Virus record (IMG/VR): IMGVR_UViG_3300025070_000024
Location: 1-64,000 of that record
DNA from: a virus
Strand: one strand, 5' to 3'
Length of the DNA stretch: 64,000 nt
In this document: one piece after another, positions 16,977-26,121 of the stretch
Numbering within the stretch: position 1 is the first letter of the stretch
Layout of the letters: each line of letters opens with the position of its first letter
Position numbers and translations under genes: made by a program
Notes under the pieces: generated by a model
What the model was told of the DNA's origin: nothing
The model's input: only the letters and a program-made list of their open reading frames with translations
Database searches by the model: none

Positions 16977-19900
16977 GAGATCATTTTCAAGAATTCGGAC
17001 GCATCAATCTTCATGTCTGTAGCATCGCTAAATACATATGGACTTTCAACTGGCTGACCTGTAATAGGATCAATATAACTTTCAGTAGCACCTTGTGTCA
17101 AAACACCTCCGCTTTCATGCTTCGGGCCTTGAACTTGATACATATTAGATGCTACCTGTTTGTAGTTGCCATTATTAGTAGCCATAGGAGGGTCTTGAGG
17201 ACTTGCCATCATCATCTCCCCACCTTCAGTTTCATATTGCGGTGCATTCATAGCACCCCCATAGTTAGCAACAGTGTTGTACCCTGCTCCCCGCTCGTTC
17301 ATTACTGAATTTACTTGCTGAGAATAGTCTGCCAAAGCTCCTCTAACTGCCTCACCTGTTTGCAGATTAGCAGCATTGTCTGCTTCATTTGCAAGACGAC
17401 GATCCCGACGCTGCTTTACCAACCCTGCGATACCTGCTATTGCCGCAATAGGAGCTGCCCCAGGTATACCTAGCATTAAAGCTCCTGCGCCACCCTTAAG
17501 TGCGTTGCCTGCAAAAGTTCCAAAGCCGTCATCTCCACTAGTCATAGTGTCAGCAGCCTTTCCAACTATTTGATTTACTCCAGCTGAAGCAAGATTCTTC
17601 AAGCCACCTGCCATTTTTGTGAAATCTGCTATTCCCGTGCCTCCAGGATTCAGTAATTGATTGACGAGCTGAGCACGTCCCTCTTGACCTGCTGCTCCTT
17701 TTACATTATCAAGCATAGAATTTAATCCTCCTGATTGTTGCATCTGATTAAAAATGCCTTCCAAATTTTGAGGGTTCATCGGTGCATTAGAGTTGCCTCC
17801 AGGAACTGGAGTAAACTCAGGAATATTTAGTGCAGGCATAGAAGCATTCATAGAGTTACTAGCTTGATCAGCCATAGAACCCTGAGATCCAAAAGGAGTG
17901 CTATTTCCTGCGCTTTGAGCTTGATCTAAAACTGGCTGCAACAAATCCTGAGAGTAGTTAGCAGTATTGCCTTGAGGATAGCTCAACATTCTGGCATTCA
18001 TACTTTGCTCTGGCAGAGGCTGATTGTACTCAGGATTACGAGGGCCAGCTGTATTTTGATTATTTATTGGACCACCAGGATATTGCCCAGTATCATTCAT
18101 ACTGAACAGAGGGAATGTGCTAGTGTCTTGATCTTGGAAAGGAAACCCAAAAACACCATTACCTTGAGGATCTCCAGCAGTAGGTTGTGCAGGTCGATTT
18201 TGAGCATGGTACGCCATGAGCTGCTGCTCATTACTCAACGTTGGGTTATTCATAATGAAGTCCATAGGCAAGTTCATCGCCCGTGGCTGCAAAATATGTT
18301 GCTTCAGTCCTTGACCTAAAGACATACCTGTAGGCACAGCTAAAGTTGTATCACCAAACTGCCCGTAATGCTCTGTAAGCTCTCCTACGTTAGCCGAGGT
18401 ATCTTGGCTCCCTAACATGCCTAACAGCTCTGACACAGGACTGCCATAATTTGCTTTTGGAGGCGCAACTCGTGGTTTGGTCATCGTACCTCCGAAAAAC
18501 CCTGTAGGTAGGTTTAGGTGTTTTTGAAGTGATGGTGGGATATCTAGCTTAGGAGGCGTAACTGGTGATACTGGTGGTTGGGTTTGAAACCTAAGCAACC
18601 CATCATTAGTTTTTAATCTCATAACACCTTCCATTGCACGTTTACCGGTTAATTTATCTGGATACCCCATACCTCGAACTCCTAAACCAGATCGAACTTC
18701 ATCCATATACTCTACAGGGTTTGTATATGCTCCAGCTTGGTTCTGTCCCGGGAATGGACGAATGGGACCATACCGAACTTGTAATTGCTGCAAGTTCTTT
18801 GGACTAGAAGCCGAAAGCTGTGGGACGTTTTCTAAATCGTAGAAATCAAATTGTCCCGTGTTTTTATTATAGTTGATATTCCCTCTGATATTGTCTAAGT
18901 CCAGACCGATACCTCTGTCCCGAAGCTGTCTTACTTGTTTCAGAGCTGATGCATAAGCATCTCTTGTCGGGAGTTCAGGTGCTCCTGGAACTGCTTCTTG
19001 TTTTTGCAAGTTCCTCATTATAGTTAAGTCATTCTGACTACGTAGTGGAGCTGCTACATTTGGCATATCATCAGCAATCTCGCTAGTCCTGGCTATGAAA
19101 TCATCAGTTGTTCCAGAATACCTGCTAGTCGGCAAGACAGCATTAGGATTGCTAAATTCTTGGTGAGGAAATTTTATTGCATAAGGACTATTCTTGAACT
19201 CATGTACAGTTCCAAAACCTCCCGATCCTAACTGTTCACCAAAGGGTGTTTTAGCATAAAGCTCCGCATCCAATCTATCCGCATGCCCCCAATTAAGACT
19301 ATTGTTTCTACTAACGCCTTCCGCAAGTTGATTGAATCCTGCCTCTGGATTCAAGTCCATTCTCATTGGATCAATAGGTTTATTGTAACCGAATAAAAAA
19401 TGAGGCTTGTCTCCAACATTTCTAAATCCCATAGGATTTTTCAGTGCAGGGTTTGCCTTATACAGATTTTTTACTCCAGTAACGCCTGCTTGCTTTAGAG
19501 CTTGTCTTGTTCCTGCTCCTGTTATACTTATTCCAGGTATTGCTCCAAGCGCATTTAATCCTGCACCAATAAAATTACCTTGACTTGCATCCCTTAAAGC
19601 ATTCTTCCCATAGTTTACCCAAGCAGCAGGGTTGACTAAATCATTTGCCACCTGCCCAGCTATAGTACCTTTTCCTTTGGCCTGATCGAACTCTACTTGA
19701 GAAGGCATTCCTTCTACGCTTGGGTCGAGGATTGTTCTAGCAGTGGTGATTGGGTTAGCTGCCATCTCTAAAAGAGACGGATTGTCCTCTATGATATTGC
19801 CGTCTTCATCTACCTCAAAATCCCCTTGGGATATACGAGGCATTGCATTTAATTGAGACAGTGCATCTGAAGCAGCTAAATTTTGCTGCAGTGCATCTAG

Positions 19901-20128
19901 ACCTCCCGCTCTTTCAATCTGTTGAGCGATTAGTGGGTTGTACCCAGAATTGGTATCAGAAGTAGCTGTTAACGGCTTTAGTGGGTCTGTTTCACCACCA
20001 AGTTCATATGTGTAATTTTTAGGACGCGGTTTTGCCTTAGAGCGATTTTTGCTCTTAGACTTTAAACCCAACACTACTTCAGCGAGGTTCCTTTTCTCAC
20101 ACCTATGACCGTTAAACTTTTTGCTCAT
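16973..20128 (-). CDS. Putative virion cargo protein with an internal protein-kinase-like domain, 1051 aa
   Basis: Kinase-like motifs LGSGGFGTV, YAIK, GIGLDLDNIRGN and FDFYDL. The C-terminal ETEGGE...GPKHESGGV motif is of the kind seen in crAss-like cargo proteins. Confidence 0.7.
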   Translation of the reverse strand: MSKKFNGHRCEKRNLAEVVLGLKSKSKNRSKAKPRPKNYTYELGGETDPLKPLTATSDTNSGYNPLIAQQIERAGGLDALQQNLAASDALSQLNAMPRISQGDFEVDEDGNIIEDNPSLLEMAANPITTARTILDPSVEGMPSQVEFDQAKGKGTIAGQVANDLVNPAAWVNYGKNALRDASQGNFIGAGLNALGAIPGISITGAGTRQALKQAGVTGVKNLYKANPALKNPMGFRNVGDKPHFLFGYNKPIDPMRMDLNPEAGFNQLAEGVSRNNSLNWGHADRLDAELYAKTPFGEQLGSGGFGTVHEFKNSPYAIKFPHQEFSNPNAVLPTSRYSGTTDDFIARTSEIADDMPNVAAPLRSQNDLTIMRNLQKQEAVPGAPELPTRDAYASALKQVRQLRDRGIGLDLDNIRGNINYNKNTGQFDFYDLENVPQLSASSPKNLQQLQVRYGPIRPFPGQNQAGAYTNPVEYMDEVRSGLGVRGMGYPDKLTGKRAMEGVMRLKTNDGLLRFQTQPPVSPVTPPKLDIPPSLQKHLNLPTGFFGGTMTKPRVAPPKANYGSPVSELLGMLGSQDTSANVGELTEHYGQFGDTTLAVPTGMSLGQGLKQHILQPRAMNLPMDFIMNNPTLSNEQQLMAYHAQNRPAQPTAGDPQGNGVFGFPFQDQDTSTFPLFSMNDTGQYPGGPINNQNTAGPRNPEYNQPLPEQSMNARMLSYPQGNTANYSQDLLQPVLDQAQSAGNSTPFGSQGSMADQASNSMNASMPALNIPEFTPVPGGNSNAPMNPQNLEGIFNQMQQSGGLNSMLDNVKGAAGQEGRAQLVNQLLNPGGTGIADFTKMAGGLKNLASAGVNQIVGKAADTMTSGDDGFGTFAGNALKGGAGALMLGIPGAAPIAAIAGIAGLVKQRRDRRLANEADNAANLQTGEAVRGALADYSQQVNSVMNERGAGYNTVANYGGAMNAPQYETEGGEMMMASPQDPPMATNNGNYKQVASNMYQVQGPKHESGGVLTQGATESYIDPITGQPVESPYVFSDATDMKIDASEFLKMIS

Positions 20129-20256
20129 CCACTGCAGCTTTCACAATCCTCAGGACTGTCGGTATTACATGTAAGTTCACCACTCTTCAGTTTGTCAGCT
20201 GTATCCTTTAATTTCTTAGGATCCAGAAAAGTCGCTTCTTTCCATTCTTCTTCCAT
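20125..20256 (-). CDS. 43-aa Cys-rich microprotein resembling the class Ia RNR C-terminal tail
   Basis: MEEEWKEATFLDPKKLKDTADKLKSGELTCNTDSPEDCESCSG*. Start and stop overlap the neighbouring genes (TAATG and ATGA coupling). It is below the ORF-track cutoff. Confidence 0.75.
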   Translation of the reverse strand: MEEEWKEATFLDPKKLKDTADKLKSGELTCNTDSPEDCESCSG

Positions 20257-20450
20257 TACTTCTTCTTTTTACGGGGTTTCACCACAGCCTTCTTAGGCAT
20301 TTTGCTAGTACTAGTCTTACCACCGTATCCATATTGAGTCATTACTGAGCTAGGAGTTTTACCTCCGCGTCTCATAGAGCCAAGCATTTTCATAACGACA
20401 TTTTTTGGGATTCCCCTTTTCATAAGGGTTTCAGCTTTTTTGTTTTTCAT
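20256..20450 (-). CDS. Small basic protein, 64 aa
   Basis: MKNKKAETL...RRGG...YGYGG...KPRKKKK. The ATG at 20450 lies just after the upstream stop, so it is preferred to the 20552 start in the track. Confidence 0.7.
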   Translation of the reverse strand: MKNKKAETLMKRGIPKNVVMKMLGSMRRGGKTPSSVMTQYGYGGKTSTSKMPKKAVVKPRKKKK

Positions 20451-20454
20451 GGTA

Positions 20455-20760
20455 TTAACATTTCCAACGTCTACGTGCTTGACGTATACGTGAGTTAGGG
20501 TTGTTACGAGTTTTTGCACTGCTACGTTTGAGTTGTCCCAAAGAGCGAGCACAATATGATTTACGACGTCCTGCAGCCTTACTACCTTTTTTCACTTTTC
20601 CAGTTACAGCAGTTTTTAATTTACTTCCTGGATTTGCTTTACGATATGCCCGGACACCTTTTTTGGTCATCCCTGCACCAGATTTAGTAGGTCTGTAGTT
20701 CGCAGATTTTCCTTTCGTTGTTTTACGAATAGGAGTAGACTTTTTTCGTTTAGCAGGCAT
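20455..20760 (-). CDS. Small, highly basic phage protein (DUF6321-like)
   Basis: GAGMTKKGVRAYRKANPGSKLKTAVT...RRKSYCARS...SRIRQARRRWKC is a motif pattern widespread in aquatic phages. Confidence 0.7.
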   Translation of the reverse strand: MPAKRKKSTPIRKTTKGKSANYRPTKSGAGMTKKGVRAYRKANPGSKLKTAVTGKVKKGSKAAGRRKSYCARSLGQLKRSSAKTRNNPNSRIRQARRRWKC

Positions 20761-20933
20761 TACTTCTTCTTCTTTTTACGACGAGTAGTTTTCTTCGCCG
20801 TTTTTTTAGAATCCTTAAAAGCTTTAGAAGTGGGAGCACCTTTAGCTCCTTTTTTGCGCATAGTCTCACCAGACCCTGCCTTAATACGTTTACGCTTAGC
20901 GTGAATGTTTGCGTACAATCCTTTACGTGCCAT
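20760..20933 (-). CDS. Small basic protein, 57 aa
   Basis: MARKGLYANIHAKRKRIKAGSGETMRKKGAKGAPTSKAFKDSKKTAKKTTRRKKKKK*. The stop overlaps the next ATG. Not in the ORF track. Confidence 0.75.
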   Translation of the reverse strand: MARKGLYANIHAKRKRIKAGSGETMRKKGAKGAPTSKAFKDSKKTAKKTTRRKKKKK

Positions 20934-20935
20934 AG

Positions 20936-21142
20936 TTATTTGTCCATTTGATTACGAGCTAAGAGCAGTTTTATTTCTGCTAAGTCGTCGACTACTTGCT
21001 CTAGCTTCTTATCTACCTTTTCATTGTTATTCTCTAGAGAATATTGCTGTGCTTTTATAGTCATTACTTCACTATGAAGTTTGACATAAATGCCTACCAT
21101 ACCTATGGCAAGTCCTATTATTTCATAATCAGTCAAACTCAT
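20936..21142 (-). CDS. Small membrane-anchored coiled-coil protein (holin/spanin-like?)
   Basis: N-terminal hydrophobic helix followed by a heptad-rich segment. Confidence 0.55.
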   Translation of the reverse strand: MSLTDYEIIGLAIGMVGIYVKLHSEVMTIKAQQYSLENNNEKVDKKLEQVVDDLAEIKLLLARNQMDK

Positions 21143-21172
21143 TGTTGTTGAATATCTATTTTCATGACTACC

Positions 21173-24100
21173 TCACCCCCTAGCAGTAGGTCTAACTTTC
21201 GCAGATATATCATACAAATATAATCCAATACCATCTTGACCGCTATCGCTACTTTTTATATACAATCGAATTACAGCATAGTCAGATTGTATACGCCTTT
21301 GCTCATACCACTCCAATGTGCTACTAATATTAGTAGTAATCAGCTCCAAGTCTTCAGTCAAAAAAGGAAGAGATCTATCAGCAACAAGATCCCTAAAGCC
21401 ATTAAAGTGCCAGCGTTCATGAGTGTGCCGCAAATTGTGTCCTGTAGTAAGACCTTCAGGAACAACTAAGTCGATAAACCCGCTGCAGTGCGTATCTGTA
21501 TACACCAACGCTTTAGTGAAGGTATTTTCATAGTGAGTAAATCGCTCTTCTGGAAAAGACACAACACGAGTGTCCCAGTTAAAGCTGCTAAATACTCCTG
21601 ATTGCCCTATCGGTGATGGAGCATCAATTGTAGACTCATGCACTACCCCGTGAAACTTTCCAAAGGTGCCTGCTTGATTGTGAAACTTAGCAGAACGCAC
21701 TTGTGGAGATAGAGTACCATCGATATTAATATTTCGAACGCGCAGAGCATACACAGTATTCAGACCTTCTAACAAAGCTGTACTGTCATAGGTATGTCTA
21801 CTAACCCACGCTTGGTTCAAGTAGCTGTAACTAATGAATTCATCTTTAGATTCAATACCTGCATTCTCATTGTACTCATCTTGAGTGTCGATTAGATAGC
21901 CTGCACTAAAATCTCCTGTGTAATCTGCGTTTCTGATTAAGAGTATAACTCTATCGTACCGAGAATCATACGTAGCATGAAGGCCTGGGAAGAATTTGAA
22001 AGTATTAGAGGAAGAGAAAGTTGTATCTAGTTTCAGTTTTTCCTGAAACCAATCTTTCATTCCAGACCTACTAATTTCTTTCAGGTCTGTTCCTGCTAAA
22101 GAAAAAACTTTGCGTTGGTCTGCGTCAACAAAGAAATACCCATGAGGCGTTAAAACACAAGATAGCAGATGTTGTGTGCCTGCATAGCCTTTATCGCTGG
22201 GTCGTATCTCTACAGGTTTTGTAGCCAATATGTCTGATTGACCTAAAGCTAGCTCTCCTGCTGTAGTCGATATCTTCTCCTGACCTTGAGTCATAAATAA
22301 CCCCCGCTCATGGTGAATAATAAGACGATCACCATAACCTTGAAGATTTTCAATCTCGCCACGGTCACGCTGCATATCAAAAAACTCTATGGGCTTAAAC
22401 GCGATAACGTTTGTAGATACTCCTAAAGACCCAATTTCACTACTGCGGACAATCCGATGGGGAAAATTATTTACGAATGTTTGCCCACTGCTAAAGATTC
22501 CTACAGGCTGATATACATTTTCTGCATACAACCGTGACGGGTAATCATATAGTTGATCATTACCAGGGCTAGCAGCTCTAAAAACATATTCGTTAGCTGA
22601 TAGATTGACAGGATTGTCTAACTCATAGTTCAGATACTCGAACTTAGTGCGACCCTGAACCCTGTAATTGTATACTTGCGAAAGAATACCACGAGTAGAG
22701 TCTACGGTTGTGACTCGATTAGTACTTAGTAAATCAACAAGTTGCGTGGCATTGTTTCCGTTCGCTACAGCATCAACACCTACAGGAGCTGTTAGCCTAT
22801 GCTTATAGAAACTCCTTACAATATCCCCAGCAACAAATGTGGTATCTATGCTACCTACATTAACAGATTCCCCATCAATTTGACCCAGCTCTGCAGAAGC
22901 TAATTTAGTGTAGGGAATCACTCCTGTACACGCTACTAAATCTTGTGCAGCATAATTTTGGTAACAGGTAAATAGATGCTGTTTCAGATTTGTAATCCAT
23001 ATCGGATTCGAAGCCTGCGCTCCTGTATGTCCTGCAGTTAAGTTGCTGTTGATTCTAAAACCTGTGCCTGGATTCGAGGTGTTCCCTAAGTGCGTACCAC
23101 TGGTGCTTTTTAAAAAGTCTTTCCAGTCTGTACTGCTTGTCGAATTCGCATATTCAATGTTAAACCCTATACAAGTCTCACAAAACCTATTGTCAATTTC
23201 TAACTCATCATCGATAGCGTTCGTTTCAACGTATCGGACAGTGCTGACCTTTCTGATTCGTACATTATTAGTAAGACTTACCTGCCTTCCATTCTCAGGA
23301 AAGAAAGCTTTGCCTCCTACCGTAAGGGCATTTGGAGCATTAAGTATATCTGAGTCACCCCAGTAACCATTGTCTGAATTATTAGTTACAAGACCATCTC
23401 CTATAAGCCCTACTTCACCAGTAGAACTTAAACCATAATCAATCCTATAATCGATGTTTTCAATGTAAGCCGTTTCAGGAAGATTTACTCTAGACCGCAA
23501 TGCCTCAAAGCAGTACATCCTACCCGTGGTTTCCTTTATCCCCGCAAACCAAGCATCATTATTAAGCTGGTCTGTCGCACTAGATATCGTGTCTATGTCA
23601 GAAACTTCTTGAGAATTGTACTGAGGCAAGTTCATACCATGAGAACTTGTATAGTCATGGTAATCAGTTACAGTTTCAGCAATGTTAGAGTAGTGATTGT
23701 AGCTGCCATGAATCAAAATACTCTGTCCAATATGCAGACTATTGGTCAAATCTCTTTTAGCATGAAACATTCGTACACCTACGTACCCCGCAGGCATAGG
23801 AACATTTGCAAACCGTATCCGCACTAAATCTGTAGCATCGCCCAGTATTGGGATTTTGTGATGACGAACTGGCTCACTAGCAAGAGTGTAGTCTGTAATA
23901 CTGCCGGAGTTATCAGAAGTATCTTCTACGGTCCATTGCTGAACAGGGAAGTTTGAAGGATACGTTTCTGCAGAGTTTTCCCAGTAACCGCAAACACCTA
24001 CGCCACTTGTCACACCAGTAGGAGTGTAAGCACTTGCATCTCCAAAGTACTCATGGGTATTCCGGGTATGGAAATACTTCATACCACTAACAGCTATATC

Positions 24101-25324
24101 GTTATCGTCTTCGAGATAACTCAGACTAGAGTTTGCTGCTATCAACGATGCATCTGTAGATCGTATAGTGCCAGAAGCTCCTGTTTCTACAGCAGTAAGA
24201 TGAGGCTGTCCTATTGACCTTGGTGGAGACCCAGGAATATGGAAGGCTGGAGTTAGCGAACCGTCCTCACGCACATAGCTAACATAAAAAGCGTATACCT
24301 CTCCAGGTTGAAAGGCAAGTCCTCCAAAATTTAAGTCTTGTTCCTTGTCATTGCCATTGAAGCCTACTGTAGATACACCGTCTTCTGTGTGACCTCCATA
24401 GTATGTTTGATACAATACCTGAATACGATTGGCGTACTGCTGAAGATCAGTAACATCTGCAGTTGCAACATTGCCCATGTACAACCGATTTCCTTGTAGA
24501 GTCAAGGTTTTAGCTTGGCTGTAAACAATGTTCTGAACTAGGATTTCATCTAAAGAAATATCTTTTTGTAAGATGCCAGTCAGAGTAATAGTAGTTTCAT
24601 TACCCTCATAAGGAAAGAAACCGGTAATGCCTGTGCTGACAGAATCATCATATACCGAAACAAAAGCTGCTGCTATGTAAGAATAATCAGAGTCTAAGTT
24701 GCTTAGCTTCAAAGAAATAGTTTTCCCAGAATCATAGACGACATATGGTCCATTTAGATTATTGAACTCTAGGTAACTCTGGTCTTCGTAGGCATAAGCA
24801 ATCGCGATATAGTGAGTACCAGAATTAAAAAATCCTTGACCGCCTAAAGAGACTTGGTTCTGTTCTATGTAAACAGGGTCGTGCGTAGGGCTGACCAAAC
24901 TAGGTACAGCAGTGGTGTCTACATTTAGGTATTTCGGAGGAGAAACATCGTCCGTAAGAATAACAAAAGTTTGCCCAGAAGTAGTTTTAAAAGAGACTGC
25001 ATCAATAACTGCATCATCTGAAAATCCAAACACTCCGCTAGACAAAATTGTAGTCAGCGTCCCAACAACTTTTACTACGTAGTTTGTCGTACTGTCTGGG
25101 CGTTTGCAAAAAAGAATGATTCCATCGTCAACTAGCCCACAGCCACCTAAGATGTAAAACTTAGGAGCACTATCGTCTGTAACACTTGAGTCATTTGTGA
25201 ACCCGGCTTCTTGTAGAAGAGAGTCCATGTGCTCTCCATAAACAAAGTTTACTGCGTCTATGTAGAGACCCTCTGATACTTTGCTAGGATGTACATCCCG
25301 CATCATTCCTTTTAGTGGTCTCAT
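21173..25324 (-). CDS. Tail stabilisation/muzzle (nozzle) protein, 1383 aa
   Basis: N-terminal KGMMRD...YIDAVN and a beta-rich body. C-terminal GYAGTQH, YFFVD, EISRSGMKDWF, YDSRYDRVIL and WVSRH motifs are typical of crAss-like stabilisation proteins. Gene position fits. Confidence 0.8.
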   Translation of the reverse strand: MRPLKGMMRDVHPSKVSEGLYIDAVNFVYGEHMDSLLQEAGFTNDSSVTDDSAPKFYILGGCGLVDDGIILFCKRPDSTTNYVVKVVGTLTTILSSGVFGFSDDAVIDAVSFKTTSGQTFVILTDDVSPPKYLNVDTTAVPSLVSPTHDPVYIEQNQVSLGGQGFFNSGTHYIAIAYAYEDQSYLEFNNLNGPYVVYDSGKTISLKLSNLDSDYSYIAAAFVSVYDDSVSTGITGFFPYEGNETTITLTGILQKDISLDEILVQNIVYSQAKTLTLQGNRLYMGNVATADVTDLQQYANRIQVLYQTYYGGHTEDGVSTVGFNGNDKEQDLNFGGLAFQPGEVYAFYVSYVREDGSLTPAFHIPGSPPRSIGQPHLTAVETGASGTIRSTDASLIAANSSLSYLEDDNDIAVSGMKYFHTRNTHEYFGDASAYTPTGVTSGVGVCGYWENSAETYPSNFPVQQWTVEDTSDNSGSITDYTLASEPVRHHKIPILGDATDLVRIRFANVPMPAGYVGVRMFHAKRDLTNSLHIGQSILIHGSYNHYSNIAETVTDYHDYTSSHGMNLPQYNSQEVSDIDTISSATDQLNNDAWFAGIKETTGRMYCFEALRSRVNLPETAYIENIDYRIDYGLSSTGEVGLIGDGLVTNNSDNGYWGDSDILNAPNALTVGGKAFFPENGRQVSLTNNVRIRKVSTVRYVETNAIDDELEIDNRFCETCIGFNIEYANSTSSTDWKDFLKSTSGTHLGNTSNPGTGFRINSNLTAGHTGAQASNPIWITNLKQHLFTCYQNYAAQDLVACTGVIPYTKLASAELGQIDGESVNVGSIDTTFVAGDIVRSFYKHRLTAPVGVDAVANGNNATQLVDLLSTNRVTTVDSTRGILSQVYNYRVQGRTKFEYLNYELDNPVNLSANEYVFRAASPGNDQLYDYPSRLYAENVYQPVGIFSSGQTFVNNFPHRIVRSSEIGSLGVSTNVIAFKPIEFFDMQRDRGEIENLQGYGDRLIIHHERGLFMTQGQEKISTTAGELALGQSDILATKPVEIRPSDKGYAGTQHLLSCVLTPHGYFFVDADQRKVFSLAGTDLKEISRSGMKDWFQEKLKLDTTFSSSNTFKFFPGLHATYDSRYDRVILLIRNADYTGDFSAGYLIDTQDEYNENAGIESKDEFISYSYLNQAWVSRHTYDSTALLEGLNTVYALRVRNINIDGTLSPQVRSAKFHNQAGTFGKFHGVVHESTIDAPSPIGQSGVFSSFNWDTRVVSFPEERFTHYENTFTKALVYTDTHCSGFIDLVVPEGLTTGHNLRHTHERWHFNGFRDLVADRSLPFLTEDLELITTNISSTLEWYEQRRIQSDYAVIRLYIKSSDSGQDGIGLYLYDISAKVRPTARG

Positions 25325-26121
25325 CGCATTAGACGTTCTTGAGTGTTATTCCCAATAAAGAAATCGGAGTGGGCATTCAGGTTTGGAACCATGCGCACCC
25401 ACATATTTTTGAAGCTTTCCATCTTGTCGATACTCGGATATGCTGCATCGTTCTGAGCTTTCAGGCAGTACTCCCCCCACTTCTGATCCGCTGTCTGCCA
25501 ATTGAACACAGGATGTGTGTACCCTCCCATTATCATCTGCCTTAGTATGTACCATTCAAGAGCTTGTTTGTAGTAAATGTTGTCAGGTACTTTAGGGTAC
25601 CCATCATCACATACTGGATAGGCTGTAAAGTGAATCTTTATATTTCCTTCTTCGAAAGAAGTCTGAATATAATCAGGGTTAATCACATAATAGTCACCAC
25701 CTCCATAGCTAGACGCTTTTATTGTTTTCTGCTGCTTGTATGTATTGTTGCCTAGGGGGTGTTCATTTGCTTGAGTTTGGAATACCGCACCTGTAGTAAT
25801 TTCAGAGGGCGTGTATGGCTGAGGATTTGTAGTGCGTTCAGCATTGGGCAGGTCATATCCTGTAACATCAGACCCGTAATGCAGATGGCTCCCGTTATAT
25901 TCTACCTGGATAATGTCTACTAGTTCACAAGGCAGGGGAGAGCGGTGGTTGGAAATAGATACCGTACTTGCTTTCTTTTCTAATCCAGCAGAATACCCAA
26001 TGTATTCTAAGCCCTCACCTATCCACTCAACAGCGTCAATAACCCAATTGTCCGTAGTAGGTTTTAAGTCCCGGAATACTTTGGCAATGACTGCCTTCGA
26101 CGATACGGTTTTGTAAATCAT
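25321..26121 (-). CDS. Tail ring (adaptor) protein
   Basis: Motifs VIEW-like (AVEWIGE), YIQTSFEEG, DDGYPKVPD and ALEWYI. It lies next to the muzzle gene, as in crAss-like phages. Confidence 0.7.
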   Translation of the reverse strand: MIYKTVSSKAVIAKVFRDLKPTTDNWVIDAVEWIGEGLEYIGYSAGLEKKASTVSISNHRSPLPCELVDIIQVEYNGSHLHYGSDVTGYDLPNAERTTNPQPYTPSEITTGAVFQTQANEHPLGNNTYKQQKTIKASSYGGGDYYVINPDYIQTSFEEGNIKIHFTAYPVCDDGYPKVPDNIYYKQALEWYILRQMIMGGYTHPVFNWQTADQKWGEYCLKAQNDAAYPSIDKMESFKNMWVRMVPNLNAHSDFFIGNNTQERLMR

